Source of the DNA: Xylanimonas protaetiae
Lineage (GTDB): Bacteria > Actinomycetota > Actinomycetes > Actinomycetales > Cellulomonadaceae
Assembly (NCBI RefSeq): GCF_004135385.1
Contig: NZ_CP035493.1
Location: 2,523,440 to 2,547,439 of the forward strand
DNA length: 24,000 nt
Reading direction: 5' to 3'
This document shows positions 8,437 to 16,148 of this stretch, one piece after another (positions within the stretch are counted from its first letter, which is position 1; the number at the start of each line of letters is the position of its first letter). A program made the position numbers and the translations under genes. Below the pieces are notes generated by a model. That model was not told the DNA's origin, searched no databases, and worked only from the letters and a program-made list of their open reading frames with translations.

Positions 8437-8442
8437 TACCCT
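8437..8442 (+). promoter_or_regulatory. -10 hexamer placed for a leaderless miaB mRNA
   Basis: TACCCT (TAnnnT), 7 nt, then ATG 8450. No Shine-Dalgarno is possible in that gap. Confidence 0.45.
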
Positions 8443-8449
8443 AGATCCG

Positions 8450-10069
8450 ATGTCCACGACCACCGTTCCCACCACCGGCGTGCCCGCACCCGAGCAGCGC
8501 ACCTACCTCGTGCGCACCCTCGGCTGCCAGATGAACGTCCACGACTCCGAGCACATGGCCGGCATGCTCGAGCAGGCCGGCTACGTCCGTGCGTCCCAGG
8601 AGGACGACGCCGCGAACACCGCGGACGTCGTCGTCATCAACACGTGCGCGGTGCGGGAGAACGCGGCGACGCGCCTCTACGGCAACCTCGGGCACCTGGC
8701 GTCCATCAAGGCCGCGCGGCCCGGGATGCAGATCGCCGTCGGCGGCTGCCTCGCGCAGAAGGACCGCGGCGAGATCGTCGCCAAGGCGCCCTACGTCGAC
8801 GTCGTCTTCGGCACGCACAACCTCGACGCGCTACCCGTGCTGCTGGAGCGGGCCCGCCACAACGAGCGGGCCGAGGTCGAGATCGCGGAGTCCCTCCAGG
8901 TCTTCCCGTCCACGCTGCCCACGCGCCGCGAGAGCGTCTACGCGGGCTGGGTGTCCATCTCGGTGGGCTGCAACAACACGTGCACGTTCTGCATCGTGCC
9001 GCACCTGCGCGGCAAGGAGCGCGACCGCCGCCCGGGCGAGATCCTCGCCGAGGTGCAGGCGCTGGTCGACGCCGGCGCCGTCGAGGTCACGCTGCTGGGG
9101 CAGAACGTCAACAGCTACGGGGTCGAGTTCGGCGACCGCGGCGCGTTCGCCAAGCTGCTGCGCGCGTGCGGGCAGATCGCGGGCCTGGAGCGCGTGCGCT
9201 TCACGTCGCCCCACCCGGCCGCCTTCACCGACGACGTCATCGACGCCATGGCCGAGACGCCCAACGTCATGCCGTCGCTGCACATGCCGCTGCAGTCCGG
9301 CTCGGACCGCGTGCTGCGCGCGATGCGCCGCTCCTACCGCTCCGAGAGGTTCCTCGGGATCCTCGACCGCGTGCGCGCCGTCATGCCGGACGCCGCCATC
9401 ACCACCGACATCATCGTCGGCTTCCCGGGCGAGACCGAGGAGGACTTCGCCGAGACGATGCGCGTCGTCGAGGCCTCGCGCTTCACGTCGGCGTTCACGT
9501 TCCAGTACTCGCCGCGCCCCGGCACGCCCGCCGCGACCATGGAGGGCCAGCTGCCCAAGGAGGTCGTCCAGGAGCGGTTCGAGCGCCTGCTCGCCCTCCA
9601 GGAGCGGGTCAGCGCCGAGGAGGCCGCCAGGCAGGTGGGCCGCACGCTCGAGCTCCTCGTCATCGAGGGCAAGGGCAAGAAGGACGGCGCCACCCACCGC
9701 CTGTCCGGCCGCGCCCCCGACAACCGCCTCGTGCACTTCGCGCTGCCCGCGGACGTCGCCGCCGGCAGCCCGTCCGGGGAGCCGACGACGCTCGATGACG
9801 CCCGCCTGCGCCCCGTGGCCGAGCTCGACGCGCGCCTGCCGCGCCCCGGTGACCTCGTCACCGTCGAGGTCACGCACGCCGCGCCGCACCACCTGCTCGC
9901 CGACTCCGGCGTCTCGGGCGGCGCCTACGCCGTCCGGCGCACGCGCTCGGGCGACGCGTGGGCGGAGCGGGAGCGCACCCGCCTGGGCGGCGGCGAGGAC
10001 AGCCACGGGCACGGCACGCCCGCCCCGGCGGGGCCGGTCGTCCTGGGTATGCCCACGCTGCGCGCCTGA
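8450..10069 (+). CDS. miaB: tRNA-i6A37 methylthiotransferase (radical SAM)
   Basis: ATG 8450 within track ORF 6080..10069. [18 protein letters not shown]...[13 protein letters not shown] (N-terminal Cys triad), [16 protein letters not shown] (CxxxCxxC radical SAM), and a TRAM-like C-terminus. Confidence 0.95.
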   Translation: MSTTTVPTTGVPAPEQRTYLVRTLGCQMNVHDSEHMAGMLEQAGYVRASQEDDAANTADVVVINTCAVRENAATRLYGNLGHLASIKAARPGMQIAVGGCLAQKDRGEIVAKAPYVDVVFGTHNLDALPVLLERARHNERAEVEIAESLQVFPSTLPTRRESVYAGWVSISVGCNNTCTFCIVPHLRGKERDRRPGEILAEVQALVDAGAVEVTLLGQNVNSYGVEFGDRGAFAKLLRACGQIAGLERVRFTSPHPAAFTDDVIDAMAETPNVMPSLHMPLQSGSDRVLRAMRRSYRSERFLGILDRVRAVMPDAAITTDIIVGFPGETEEDFAETMRVVEASRFTSAFTFQYSPRPGTPAATMEGQLPKEVVQERFERLLALQERVSAEEAARQVGRTLELLVIEGKGKKDGATHRLSGRAPDNRLVHFALPADVAAGSPSGEPTTLDDARLRPVAELDARLPRPGDLVTVEVTHAAPHHLLADSGVSGGAYAVRRTRSGDAWAERERTRLGGGEDSHGHGTPAPAGPVVLGMPTLRA

Positions 10070-10086
10070 CCACGCGCGGTCAGGCG
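10063..10086 (+). terminator. Short hairpin enclosing the miaB stop codon
   Basis: CGCCTGACC acgcgc GGTCAGGCG: 9-bp stem, 6-nt loop, with the TGA at 10067..10069 inside the stem. Confidence 0.35.
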
Positions 10087-10131
10087 GGACCCGGCACCGC
10101 GGCCGTCCGGCCTCGGCGAGGCTCGACGACC

Positions 10132-10169
10132 GAGCCGCACGACTGAGCCGCACGGCGAGCCGCGCCCGG
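10132..10169. repeat. 12-13-nt tandem repeat x3 between convergent miaB and the YbjN-like gene
   Basis: GAGCCGCACGACT (10132..10144), GAGCCGCACGGC (10145..10156), GAGCCGCGCCCGG (10157..10169). Confidence 0.75.
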
Positions 10170-10177
10170 CCCGCCGC

Positions 10178-10711
10178 TCAGGCCGCCTCGTCAGGGCTCA
10201 GCGCCGCGAGCGAGCCGAAGAACTGTGACGCCGTGACCAGCCCGCACGACACCGTCGCCGCGAGCTGCTCGTCGGTGGCCCCGTGCTCGAAGTCGACCGA
10301 CACCTCGGCGTACAGGCCCGGGCCGTCGTCCTCGTCACGCGCGTAGACCTTGGGCCAGATGCGCTCGCGGTTCCAGTCGTTGACGGCCTGGAGCACGGCC
10401 AGCCGCGTCTGCGGCGGCACGTTCCCGGCCCACCGGCCGCGCACCTGGAGGATCTCCTCGTGGTCGCCCAGCAGCAGGAACCAGAACCGGTTGCCGTCCC
10501 ACGTGCCCGTGACGTCGCCGTCGTCGTCGAGACGGAAGCGGTAGCCCCGGCGCGTCAGGTCGTCGCCGATGCGCTGCGTGGTCAGGGGAGCGGGGGCCGG
10601 CGGGGCGGCGACGACCGCCGGGAGCCCGGCGCGGCGGCGCAGGCGCGGGCGCAGCACGAGCCCACGCGCCGCCAGGTCGAGCGCCCTGCCCGGCCAGGAC
10701 GGGCGGCTCAC
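10178..10711 (-). CDS. YbjN-domain (putative sensory-transduction regulator / chaperone-like) protein, paralogue 2
   Basis: C-terminal part of track ORF 10178..11221: PLTTQRIGDDLTRRGYRFRLDDDGDVTGTWDGNRFWFLLLGDHEEILQVRGRWAGNVPPQTRLAVLQAVNDWNRERIWPKVYARDEDDGPGLYAEVSVDFEHGATDEQLAATVSCGLVTASQFFGSL aligns residue for residue with the upstream paralogue. GTG 10711 overlaps the upstream TGA (GTGA). An alternative in-frame GTG is at 10657. Confidence 0.72.
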   Translation of the reverse strand: MSRPSWPGRALDLAARGLVLRPRLRRRAGLPAVVAAPPAPAPLTTQRIGDDLTRRGYRFRLDDDGDVTGTWDGNRFWFLLLGDHEEILQVRGRWAGNVPPQTRLAVLQAVNDWNRERIWPKVYARDEDDGPGLYAEVSVDFEHGATDEQLAATVSCGLVTASQFFGSLAALSPDEAA

Positions 10712-11139
10712 GGGGCCGCCCGCAGCGGGTCGGGGTACTCCTCGTCGAGGCTGTCGAAGAACAGCGTCGCCGTGGTCAGGCCGCACTGGAGCAGCTGGTC
10801 GAGCTGGTCGTCGGTGGCGCCGGGCTCGATGTCCACGGGCGTGTCGGCGCAGACGACGACGCTGCCGTCGTCGCGCACGCGCGTGTACGCCTTCGGCCAG
10901 ATGTGGTCGGCGTTCCACGCGTTGCAGGTCTCCAGCAGCTCCTCGAGCCGCTCGATCGTGGCCTCGCGGTGCCACTGGGCGCGCACCTGGAGCACCTCGT
11001 CGTGGTCGCCCAGCACGAGGAACGAGAACAGGCGCCCGTGCCACAGCCCGCCGACGTCGCCGTCGTTGTCGACGAAGTAGGCGAACCCGGACCGCTCCAG
11101 CCACGCGACGATGCGGTCCCGGGACAGGGGCACGGGCAC
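10708..11139 (-). CDS. YbjN-domain protein, paralogue 1 (start uncertain; see the frameshift finding)
   Basis: Track ORF, 143 aa: PLSRDRIVAWLERSGFAYFVDNDGDVGGLWHGRLFSFLVLGDHDEVLQVRAQWHREATIERLEELLETCNAWNADHIWPKAYTRVRDDGSVVVCADTPVDIEPGATDDQLDQLLQCGLTTATLFFDSL. GTG 11139 has neither a well-spaced Shine-Dalgarno nor a -10 hexamer. Confidence 0.78.
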   Translation of the reverse strand: MPVPLSRDRIVAWLERSGFAYFVDNDGDVGGLWHGRLFSFLVLGDHDEVLQVRAQWHREATIERLEELLETCNAWNADHIWPKAYTRVRDDGSVVVCADTPVDIEPGATDDQLDQLLQCGLTTATLFFDSLDEEYPDPLRAAP

Positions 11140-11342
11140 GAGTCGGGGGTCGTGGTGGGCCTTCCCGGGGCGGTGCGCGGGCCGGTCGCGGCCCGCACGA
11201 GCAGCGCCTCCACGCGGTCACGCAGCTCCTGCTCGTCGAGGTCCGCGCCGGGCGCGCCCCCGGCGACCCCGCCGTCGACCTGAGCCGCCGGGCGGCCGGA
11301 GCGGCCGCTGACCCGGCGTGACCCGAAGAACCTCACCCCGTC

Positions 11343-11348
11343 ACGATA
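11343..11348 (-). promoter_or_regulatory. -10 hexamer with leaderless spacing to an in-frame GTG at 11336
   Basis: The minus strand reads TATCGT (11348..11343), 6 nt (gacggg), then GTG (11336..11334), the same geometry as the other leaderless starts in this window. Confidence 0.4.
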
Positions 11349-11449
11349 CCGGCCGGTCCAGACACCTCGGCCGGGCCCGGGCGGCGTGCCACATGGTGGG
11401 CACCGCCGCCGCCCTGCTGTCGGCGCCCGGCTGCGCCGGCGGCGAGCCC

Positions 11450-11476
11450 GCGTGCGTCCCGCGCGGGGACGCACGC
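11450..11476. promoter_or_regulatory. 11-bp perfect hairpin just upstream of the -10 of the 11492 gene
   Basis: GCGTGCGTCCC gcgcg GGGACGCACGC, followed by cggTAGCCT. Confidence 0.4.
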
Positions 11477-11479
11477 CGG

Positions 11480-11485
11480 TAGCCT
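11480..11485 (+). promoter_or_regulatory. -10 hexamer placed for a leaderless transcript of the 11492 gene
   Basis: TAGCCT, 6 nt (cggcgt), then GTG 11492. Confidence 0.45.
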
Positions 11486-11491
11486 CGGCGT

Positions 11492-12079
11492 GTGCCTCGC
11501 GTCGTCGTCGTCCCCGCCACGCCCTTGCTGGTCCGGGGCGCCTCCGGCCGCACCGACGCCCTCGCGGGCGTCCGCGCCGTCGTCCGCGACGTGCTGGTCC
11601 GTGAGCTCGGCGACGTCCTCGCCGACGCCCCTGTCCAGGTCCTCGGCGTGGGTCCGACGACGCGGGCCGGGCGCCTGCGCCCCACGCTCGGCGCCGCCGG
11701 CATCGCCGACCGGCAGGTGCCGATCCTCGCGGCCCTCGACGACGCGGCGACCGCCTGGGACGGCCTCGCGTCCACAGGCCCGTCGGTCGCGCTGCTGGCC
11801 CTCGCCGACGCCGGGACCGATCTCGCGCGCCGCCCGGTCGACGTCGTCGAGCTGTCGCCCGAGGCGTCGACGGCCGAGGTCACGGCCGTCGTGGAGCGGC
11901 TGCGGCACCTGCGCGACGACGCGCTGCTCGTCGTCGCGGACCACCCCGCGCCCGCGGTCGACGCCGTCGTCGAGGCGCTCACCGCCGTCGGGCACTGGAC
12001 CACGGACGTGACCGACGTGCCGCAGCGGCACGAGCACCTGCCGCCCGCCTACCGCGTGACGGTCAGCCGCACCCGCTGA
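11492..12079 (+). CDS. Hypothetical Ala/Val/Asp-rich protein, 195 aa, family not recognised
   Basis: Track ORF. Third-position GC is near-saturated and first position is G-rich (gtc gcc gac gcg type codons), typical of real genes here. VPRVVVVPATPLLVRGASGRTDAL... I recognise no motif. Faint memory of extradiol-dioxygenase-subunit-B-like annotations for PLLVP-type N-termini, not supportable from sequence alone. Confidence 0.68.
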   Translation: MPRVVVVPATPLLVRGASGRTDALAGVRAVVRDVLVRELGDVLADAPVQVLGVGPTTRAGRLRPTLGAAGIADRQVPILAALDDAATAWDGLASTGPSVALLALADAGTDLARRPVDVVELSPEASTAEVTAVVERLRHLRDDALLVVADHPAPAVDAVVEALTAVGHWTTDVTDVPQRHEHLPPAYRVTVSRTR

Positions 12080-12121
12080 GCTGCCGGCCCTGTATCACCA
12101 GCCTGGGTCACGGGCGCCGGC

Positions 12122-12589
12122 TCACCAGCCCAGCGCGAACCCCACGCCGGCGAGGATCAGCCACGCGCGCACCGCGCGGCCGACCGTGACCGTGGGGAGG
12201 AACACCCACATCGGCACGCGCAGCGCGCCCGCGACCAGCGCCATGACGAGCAGCGGTGGGACGCCCACCACGGACGCCGCGAGGAGCACGGCGGCCGCGA
12301 GCCACGGCTTGCCGTCGAGAGCGGCCTGCCAGCGGTCGAACCGCCGCTGCCACGACTCCTTGCTGAGCTTCTTGCGCACCCACGGGGTGTCCATCGAACG
12401 GGCCGCGAGGAGGTACCAGACGAGCTTGCCGATGGCGGAGCCGACGCCCGTCACCACCGCGCACGTCACGACGGCGGCGACCTCCCCGTCGAGGCGGGTG
12501 GCCAGCAGCCCCAGGTACACCTCGAGGTTCACGAACGGCAGCACGGCCGACAGGATCGAGACCCCGAAGGTCGTCAGCGCCTCGAGCAC
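12122..12589 (-). CDS. Small polytopic membrane protein (about 4 TM), translationally coupled to the upstream phosphatidyltransferase
   Basis: In-frame GTG at 12589 of track ORF 12122..12721, 1 nt after the upstream TGA (TGAgGTG). VLEALTTFGVSILSAVLPFVNLEVYLGLLA...AAVVTCAVVTGVGSAIGKLVWYLL...PWLAAAVLLAASVVGVPPLLVMALVAGAL...VFLPTVTVGRAVRAWLILAGVGFALGW. The track's Arg/Ser-rich N-terminal extension is not credible. Confidence 0.7.
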   Translation of the reverse strand: MLEALTTFGVSILSAVLPFVNLEVYLGLLATRLDGEVAAVVTCAVVTGVGSAIGKLVWYLLAARSMDTPWVRKKLSKESWQRRFDRWQAALDGKPWLAAAVLLAASVVGVPPLLVMALVAGALRVPMWVFLPTVTVGRAVRAWLILAGVGFALGW

Positions 12590-12590
12590 C

Positions 12591-13241
12591 TCATGCCGCC
12601 GGCGTCGCGTCCGCCGGCTCCGCGGCGACCGCCGGGGCGGCCGGGATCGGCAGCCCGATGCGCAGGAGCCAGCCCAGCGACACGCACTTGAGCACCAGGA
12701 GCGCGACCGCGACGACAGCACCCACCCACGGCGACGACGTCACGAGCAGCAGCACCGCGAACGCCGCCGAGTTCACGGCCTTGCCCGGCTTGGACCAGTT
12801 CCACAGCCAGATGCGCCGGTCGACGGCGTAGAAGTAGTTCGGCGAGCGCACCGACCAGGCGAGGAACGCGAGCGTGAGGAACGCGTCGACCACGAGGAAC
12901 TCGAACAGGTACACCCCGACGGGCACCGCTGTCTCGGGCCGCAGCCACACGAGCCCCACGTAGAAGCCGACGGCGTTGAGCCGGTCGCTCAGCACGTCGA
13001 CCACCGCGCCGATCCGCGTCTCGCAGCCGCGCCACCGGGCGACGGCACCGTCGAGCATGTCGCCCACCCAGTACACGGCCAGCCCGGCGACGAGCAGCGT
13101 CAGGTCCTGCGACCGCGCGGCCGCCAGGCACAGGGCCAGGGAGACGACCGTCCGCACCACCGTGACGACGGTGGCGGAGGTCCAGAGCCGTTCCGCGGAC
13201 GGGTCGGCGTCGATGTCGCCGCGATGGATGCCTCGGTGCAC
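12591..13241 (-). CDS. CDP-alcohol phosphatidyltransferase family protein (substrate unknown)
   Basis: Track ORF, 216 aa, with the full signature D-x2-DG-x2-AR-x8-G-x3-D-x3-D in GDMLDGAVARWRGCETRIGAVVDVLSDR, and multiple TM segments. Confidence 0.85.
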   Translation of the reverse strand: MHRGIHRGDIDADPSAERLWTSATVVTVVRTVVSLALCLAAARSQDLTLLVAGLAVYWVGDMLDGAVARWRGCETRIGAVVDVLSDRLNAVGFYVGLVWLRPETAVPVGVYLFEFLVVDAFLTLAFLAWSVRSPNYFYAVDRRIWLWNWSKPGKAVNSAAFAVLLLVTSSPWVGAVVAVALLVLKCVSLGWLLRIGLPIPAAPAVAAEPADATPAA

Positions 13242-13247
13242 GGTCGC

Positions 13248-13253
13248 AGGCTA
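13248..13253 (-). promoter_or_regulatory. -10 hexamer placed for a leaderless phosphatidyltransferase mRNA
   Basis: The minus strand reads TAGCCT (13253..13248), 6 nt (gcgacc), then GTG 13241. Confidence 0.45.
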
Positions 13254-13292
13254 CTCGGCCGACAGGCCGCCCGCGGACACGGTCCCCCCACG

Positions 13293-13298
13293 TACGGT
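13293..13298 (+). promoter_or_regulatory. -10 hexamer placed for a leaderless miaA mRNA
   Basis: TACGGT, 7 nt (gggtccc), then GTG 13306. Confidence 0.45.
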
Positions 13299-13305
13299 GG
13301 GTCCC

Positions 13306-14292
13306 GTGATCGTCGTCGCCGTCGTGGGCCCCACCGCCACCGGGAAGTCGGACCTCGCGCTGGACCTCGCGCAGGCCCTCGGCGTGCCGGGCGCGCCCGC
13401 GGAGATCGTCAACGCGGACGCCTACCAGCTCTACCGGGGCATGGACGTCGGCACGGCGAAGGTCCCCGCGACCGAGCGCCGCGGCGTCGTCCACCACCAG
13501 CTCGACGTGCTCGACCCGCTCGAGGACGCCTCGGTCGCCCGGTACCAGGAGGCGGCCCGCGCGGACCTCGACGCGATCGCCGCGCGCGGCGCCCGCGCCG
13601 TCGTCGTCGGCGGGTCGGGGCTGTACGTGCGGGCGCTGCTGGACCACATGGACTTCCCCGGCACGGACCCGGCCGTGCGGGCCGACCTCGAGGAGCGGGC
13701 CGAGCGCGAGGGGCGGCGTGCCCTGCACGCCGAGCTCGAGCGCCTCGACCCGCAGGCCGCCGCGAGCATCGGCCCGCACAACACGCGCCGCATCGTGCGC
13801 GCGCTGGAGGTCATCGCCATCACGGGGCAGCCGTTCACGGCCAACCTGCCCCGGCAGGAGTACGTGCGCCCCGCGGTGCAGATCGGCCTGGACTGCGACC
13901 GCGAGGCGCTCGACGCCCGCGTCGGCGGGCGCGTCGAGCGCATGTGGGCCGAGGGGCTCGTCGACGAGGTCCGCGGCCTCGCGAGCCCAGAGCAGGGCGG
14001 CACGGGCGCCGGGCTCGGCACGACGGCCGCCCGCGCGGTCGGCTACGCCGAGGTGCTGCCGCTGCTGCGCGGCGAGGCGTCCGCCGACGCCGTCCGCGCC
14101 GAGATCACCGCCGGGACGCGCCGCCTGGCCCGCAAGCAGATGGGCTGGTTCGGGCGCGACCCGCGCGTCCGGTGGCTCGACGCCGCCGCCCCTGACCTGG
14201 TCGGACGGGCGCTCGACGTCGTCTCGGCGGCCGACGCCGGCACCCTGCCGGAGCCCGGCCGGGAGCCCGTCCGCCGTAGTCTGGGCTCATGA
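13306..14292 (+). CDS. miaA: tRNA dimethylallyltransferase
   Basis: In-frame GTG 13306 of track ORF 12976..14292 (alternative GTG at 13297). VIVVAVVGPTATGKSDLALDLA (P-loop), IVNADAYQLYRGMDVGTAK, HHQLDVLDP, VVVGGSGLYVRALLD, NTRRIVRALEV. Confidence 0.93.
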   Translation: MIVVAVVGPTATGKSDLALDLAQALGVPGAPAEIVNADAYQLYRGMDVGTAKVPATERRGVVHHQLDVLDPLEDASVARYQEAARADLDAIAARGARAVVVGGSGLYVRALLDHMDFPGTDPAVRADLEERAEREGRRALHAELERLDPQAAASIGPHNTRRIVRALEVIAITGQPFTANLPRQEYVRPAVQIGLDCDREALDARVGGRVERMWAEGLVDEVRGLASPEQGGTGAGLGTTAARAVGYAEVLPLLRGEASADAVRAEITAGTRRLARKQMGWFGRDPRVRWLDAAAPDLVGRALDVVSAADAGTLPEPGREPVRRSLGS

Positions 14293-15227
14293 CGAGCCAG
14301 CCGACGCGCTTCACGAAGGGCCACGGCACCCACAACGACTTCGTCCTCCTCGCCGACACGCGCGGCGACCTCGAGCTCACGCCCGAGCGCGTGCGCGTGC
14401 TCGCCGACCGCCGCGGCGGCATCGGCGGCGACGGCGTCATCCGGCTCGCGCCGACCGCCTCGATCGCCCGCGCCGGCGAGACCGTGGCCGACCAGGTGCT
14501 CGCCGAGGAGCCCGCCGCGATCTGGTTCATGGACTACCGCAACGCCGACGGCTCCGTCGCCGAGATGTGCGGCAACGGCGTGCGCGTGTTCACCGCCTTC
14601 GCCGAGTCGCTCGGGCTCGTCGACCTCGACGCGACCGAGCTCGCGCTCGGCACGCGCGCCGGCGTCAGGCGCGTCCGCAAGGACACCGGCCCCGACGGCG
14701 AGCGCTGGTACGCCGTCGACATGGGCCTCTGGCGCCTGCCCGGCGGCGACGACGCCGCGGCCGCGGGGGCCGACGCCGCCGTCGCCGTGCGCGGCTGGAC
14801 CGCCCCGCGGCCCGCCCTGTCGGTCGACCTCGGCAACCCGCACACGGTCGTCGCGCTCGGCTCCGTCGACGAGCTGGCCGGCCTCGACCTCACCCAGGCG
14901 CCCCAGGTCGCCCCCGTGCCGCCCCACGGCACCAACGTCGAGCTCGTGGTGCCCCTGGGCGAGACGCCGACGGACGACGGCGTCGTCGGGCGCGTCCGCA
15001 TGCGCGTGCACGAGCGCGGCGTGGGGGAGACGCAGTCGTGCGGGACGGGCGCCGTCGCGGCGGCGCTCGCGGTGCGCACGTGGGCGGCGGCAGGCGGCCG
15101 CACGCCGGTCGACACCTGGTTCGTCGAGGTCCCCGGGGGGCTGCTGCGCGTGCGCGCGCTGCCCGGCGGGCACGCCGAGCTCGCCGGCCCGGCCGAGCTC
15201 GTCTTCACGGGCGAGACCACGCTGTAG
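14289..15227 (+). CDS. dapF: Diaminopimelate epimerase
   Basis: Track ORF, 312 aa, ATGA overlap with miaA. FTKGHGTHNDFVLL, EMCGNGVRVF (catalytic Cys 1), LGNPHTVV, ETQSCGTGAVAAA (catalytic Cys 2). Confidence 0.95.
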   Translation: MTSQPTRFTKGHGTHNDFVLLADTRGDLELTPERVRVLADRRGGIGGDGVIRLAPTASIARAGETVADQVLAEEPAAIWFMDYRNADGSVAEMCGNGVRVFTAFAESLGLVDLDATELALGTRAGVRRVRKDTGPDGERWYAVDMGLWRLPGGDDAAAAGADAAVAVRGWTAPRPALSVDLGNPHTVVALGSVDELAGLDLTQAPQVAPVPPHGTNVELVVPLGETPTDDGVVGRVRMRVHERGVGETQSCGTGAVAAALAVRTWAAAGGRTPVDTWFVEVPGGLLRVRALPGGHAELAGPAELVFTGETTL

Positions 15228-15240
15228 CACCACCGGCACC

Positions 15241-15278
15241 CCGCCCTCCGGGAGGGCGTGGCACCCGCCGCGCGGCGG
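15241..15278 (+). terminator. Two adjacent short GC hairpins after dapF
   Basis: CGCCCTCCGGGAGGGCG (15241..15257) and CCCGCCGCGCGGCGGG (15263..15278), both palindromic. Confidence 0.4.
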
Positions 15279-15341
15279 GCGCTAGGCTGCGCGCCGACCG
15301 CCGGAGTCCCGGCGTCGCCGAACGCACCAGACAGGCCCGCG

Positions 15342-16148
15342 ATGACGCTGACCCTCTTCGGCCCCGCCTGGACCGGGACGCTCGTCGTCCTGCTCCTCGT
15401 GGGCGTCGGCACCCACCACCTGCTGCGCGGGCGCGACCTCGCCGGGCGGCGCCGCGGCCTGGCCGTGCTGGCCGTGGTGGACCTGCTCTCCTCGGTGTCG
15501 TTCCACCTGGCCTACCTGTCCGACCCGGACGTGCACTTCCCGCTGTGGCAGAACCTGCCCCTGCACCTGTGCACGATCGTGTCGTTCCTGGTGCTGCCGG
15601 CCGTGCTCAAGGACGCGCGCCCGCTCCAGGTGATCTGCTTCTTCCCCGGGGCGCTCGCCGGGTTCCTCACCTGGTTCTCGGCGCAGCCCATGTACTTCGA
15701 GCAGCGCCTGCTGGACCCCAAGCTGGGGTTCTTCGTCGCGCACGGGCTCAACTTCGTGATCCCGGCCCTCATGGCGACGCTCGGCATCTACCGCCCGACG
15801 GCGCGCGACGCCGTGCGGTCGGTCTTCTACGTCGTCGGGCTGGGGCTGGCGGTCCTGCCGGTCACGCTGCTGCTGCGCGCCGTGGCCGACCCGGGCGCGA
15901 ACTACATGTACGTGTTCGGCGGCGAGGGGGCCGGGATCCTCGACCTGTTCTACTCGTTCGTCCCGGTGCCGTTGCTGTACCTGTTCCCGCTGCTCGCGGT
16001 CATCACGCCGGTGCTGCTGGGGCAGTGGGGCGCGTACCGGGCCTACCGGTGGGTGTCGGGGCGGCTGGACCGCCGGACCTGGCTGCGGACCCGGGAGGTC
16101 GTGGCCGGCGTCGCGGAGGTCGCGGCGGGGCTCGCCGGAGGCAGGTGA
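15342..16148 (+). CDS. Polytopic integral membrane protein, possibly YwaF/TIGR02206-like
   Basis: In-frame ATG 15342 of track ORF 15258..16148. MTLTLFGPAWTGTLVVLLLVG...FPLWQNLPLHLCTIVSFLVLPAVL...FFVAHGLNFVIPALMATLGIY..., about 7 hydrophobic segments. The family call rests on my memory of the LPLHLC motif. Confidence 0.68.
   Translation: MTLTLFGPAWTGTLVVLLLVGVGTHHLLRGRDLAGRRRGLAVLAVVDLLSSVSFHLAYLSDPDVHFPLWQNLPLHLCTIVSFLVLPAVLKDARPLQVICFFPGALAGFLTWFSAQPMYFEQRLLDPKLGFFVAHGLNFVIPALMATLGIYRPTARDAVRSVFYVVGLGLAVLPVTLLLRAVADPGANYMYVFGGEGAGILDLFYSFVPVPLLYLFPLLAVITPVLLGQWGAYRAYRWVSGRLDRRTWLRTREVVAGVAEVAAGLAGGR

Noticed and set aside
6080-8449. N-terminal 790 codons of track ORF 6080..10069, and similarly 5718..7094 of ORF 4839..7094, 7361..8305 of ORF 6500..8305 and 18539..21198-type overlaps
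   Set aside because: Only the distal parts (miaB from 8450, gluD to 5717, gluB to 7360) carry family motifs, sensible starts and signal peptides. The extensions overlap well-supported genes on the opposite strand.
8254-8449. Repeated GTTTCGG motifs (8306 and 8344) and weak inverted repeats in the gluA/miaB divergent region as a regulator site (CRP/GlxR- or AmtR-like)
   Set aside because: There is no match to the TGTGA-N6-TCACA or AmtR box consensus that I can defend. Two 7-mers in 196 bp are within chance.
10776-11474. 232-aa minus-strand ORF taken at face value
   Set aside because: From 11139 downward it overlaps the YbjN-like gene out of frame and loses coding character. Only its 11165..11336 portion looks coding-like, which I report as a possible frameshift or extension rather than as this ORF.
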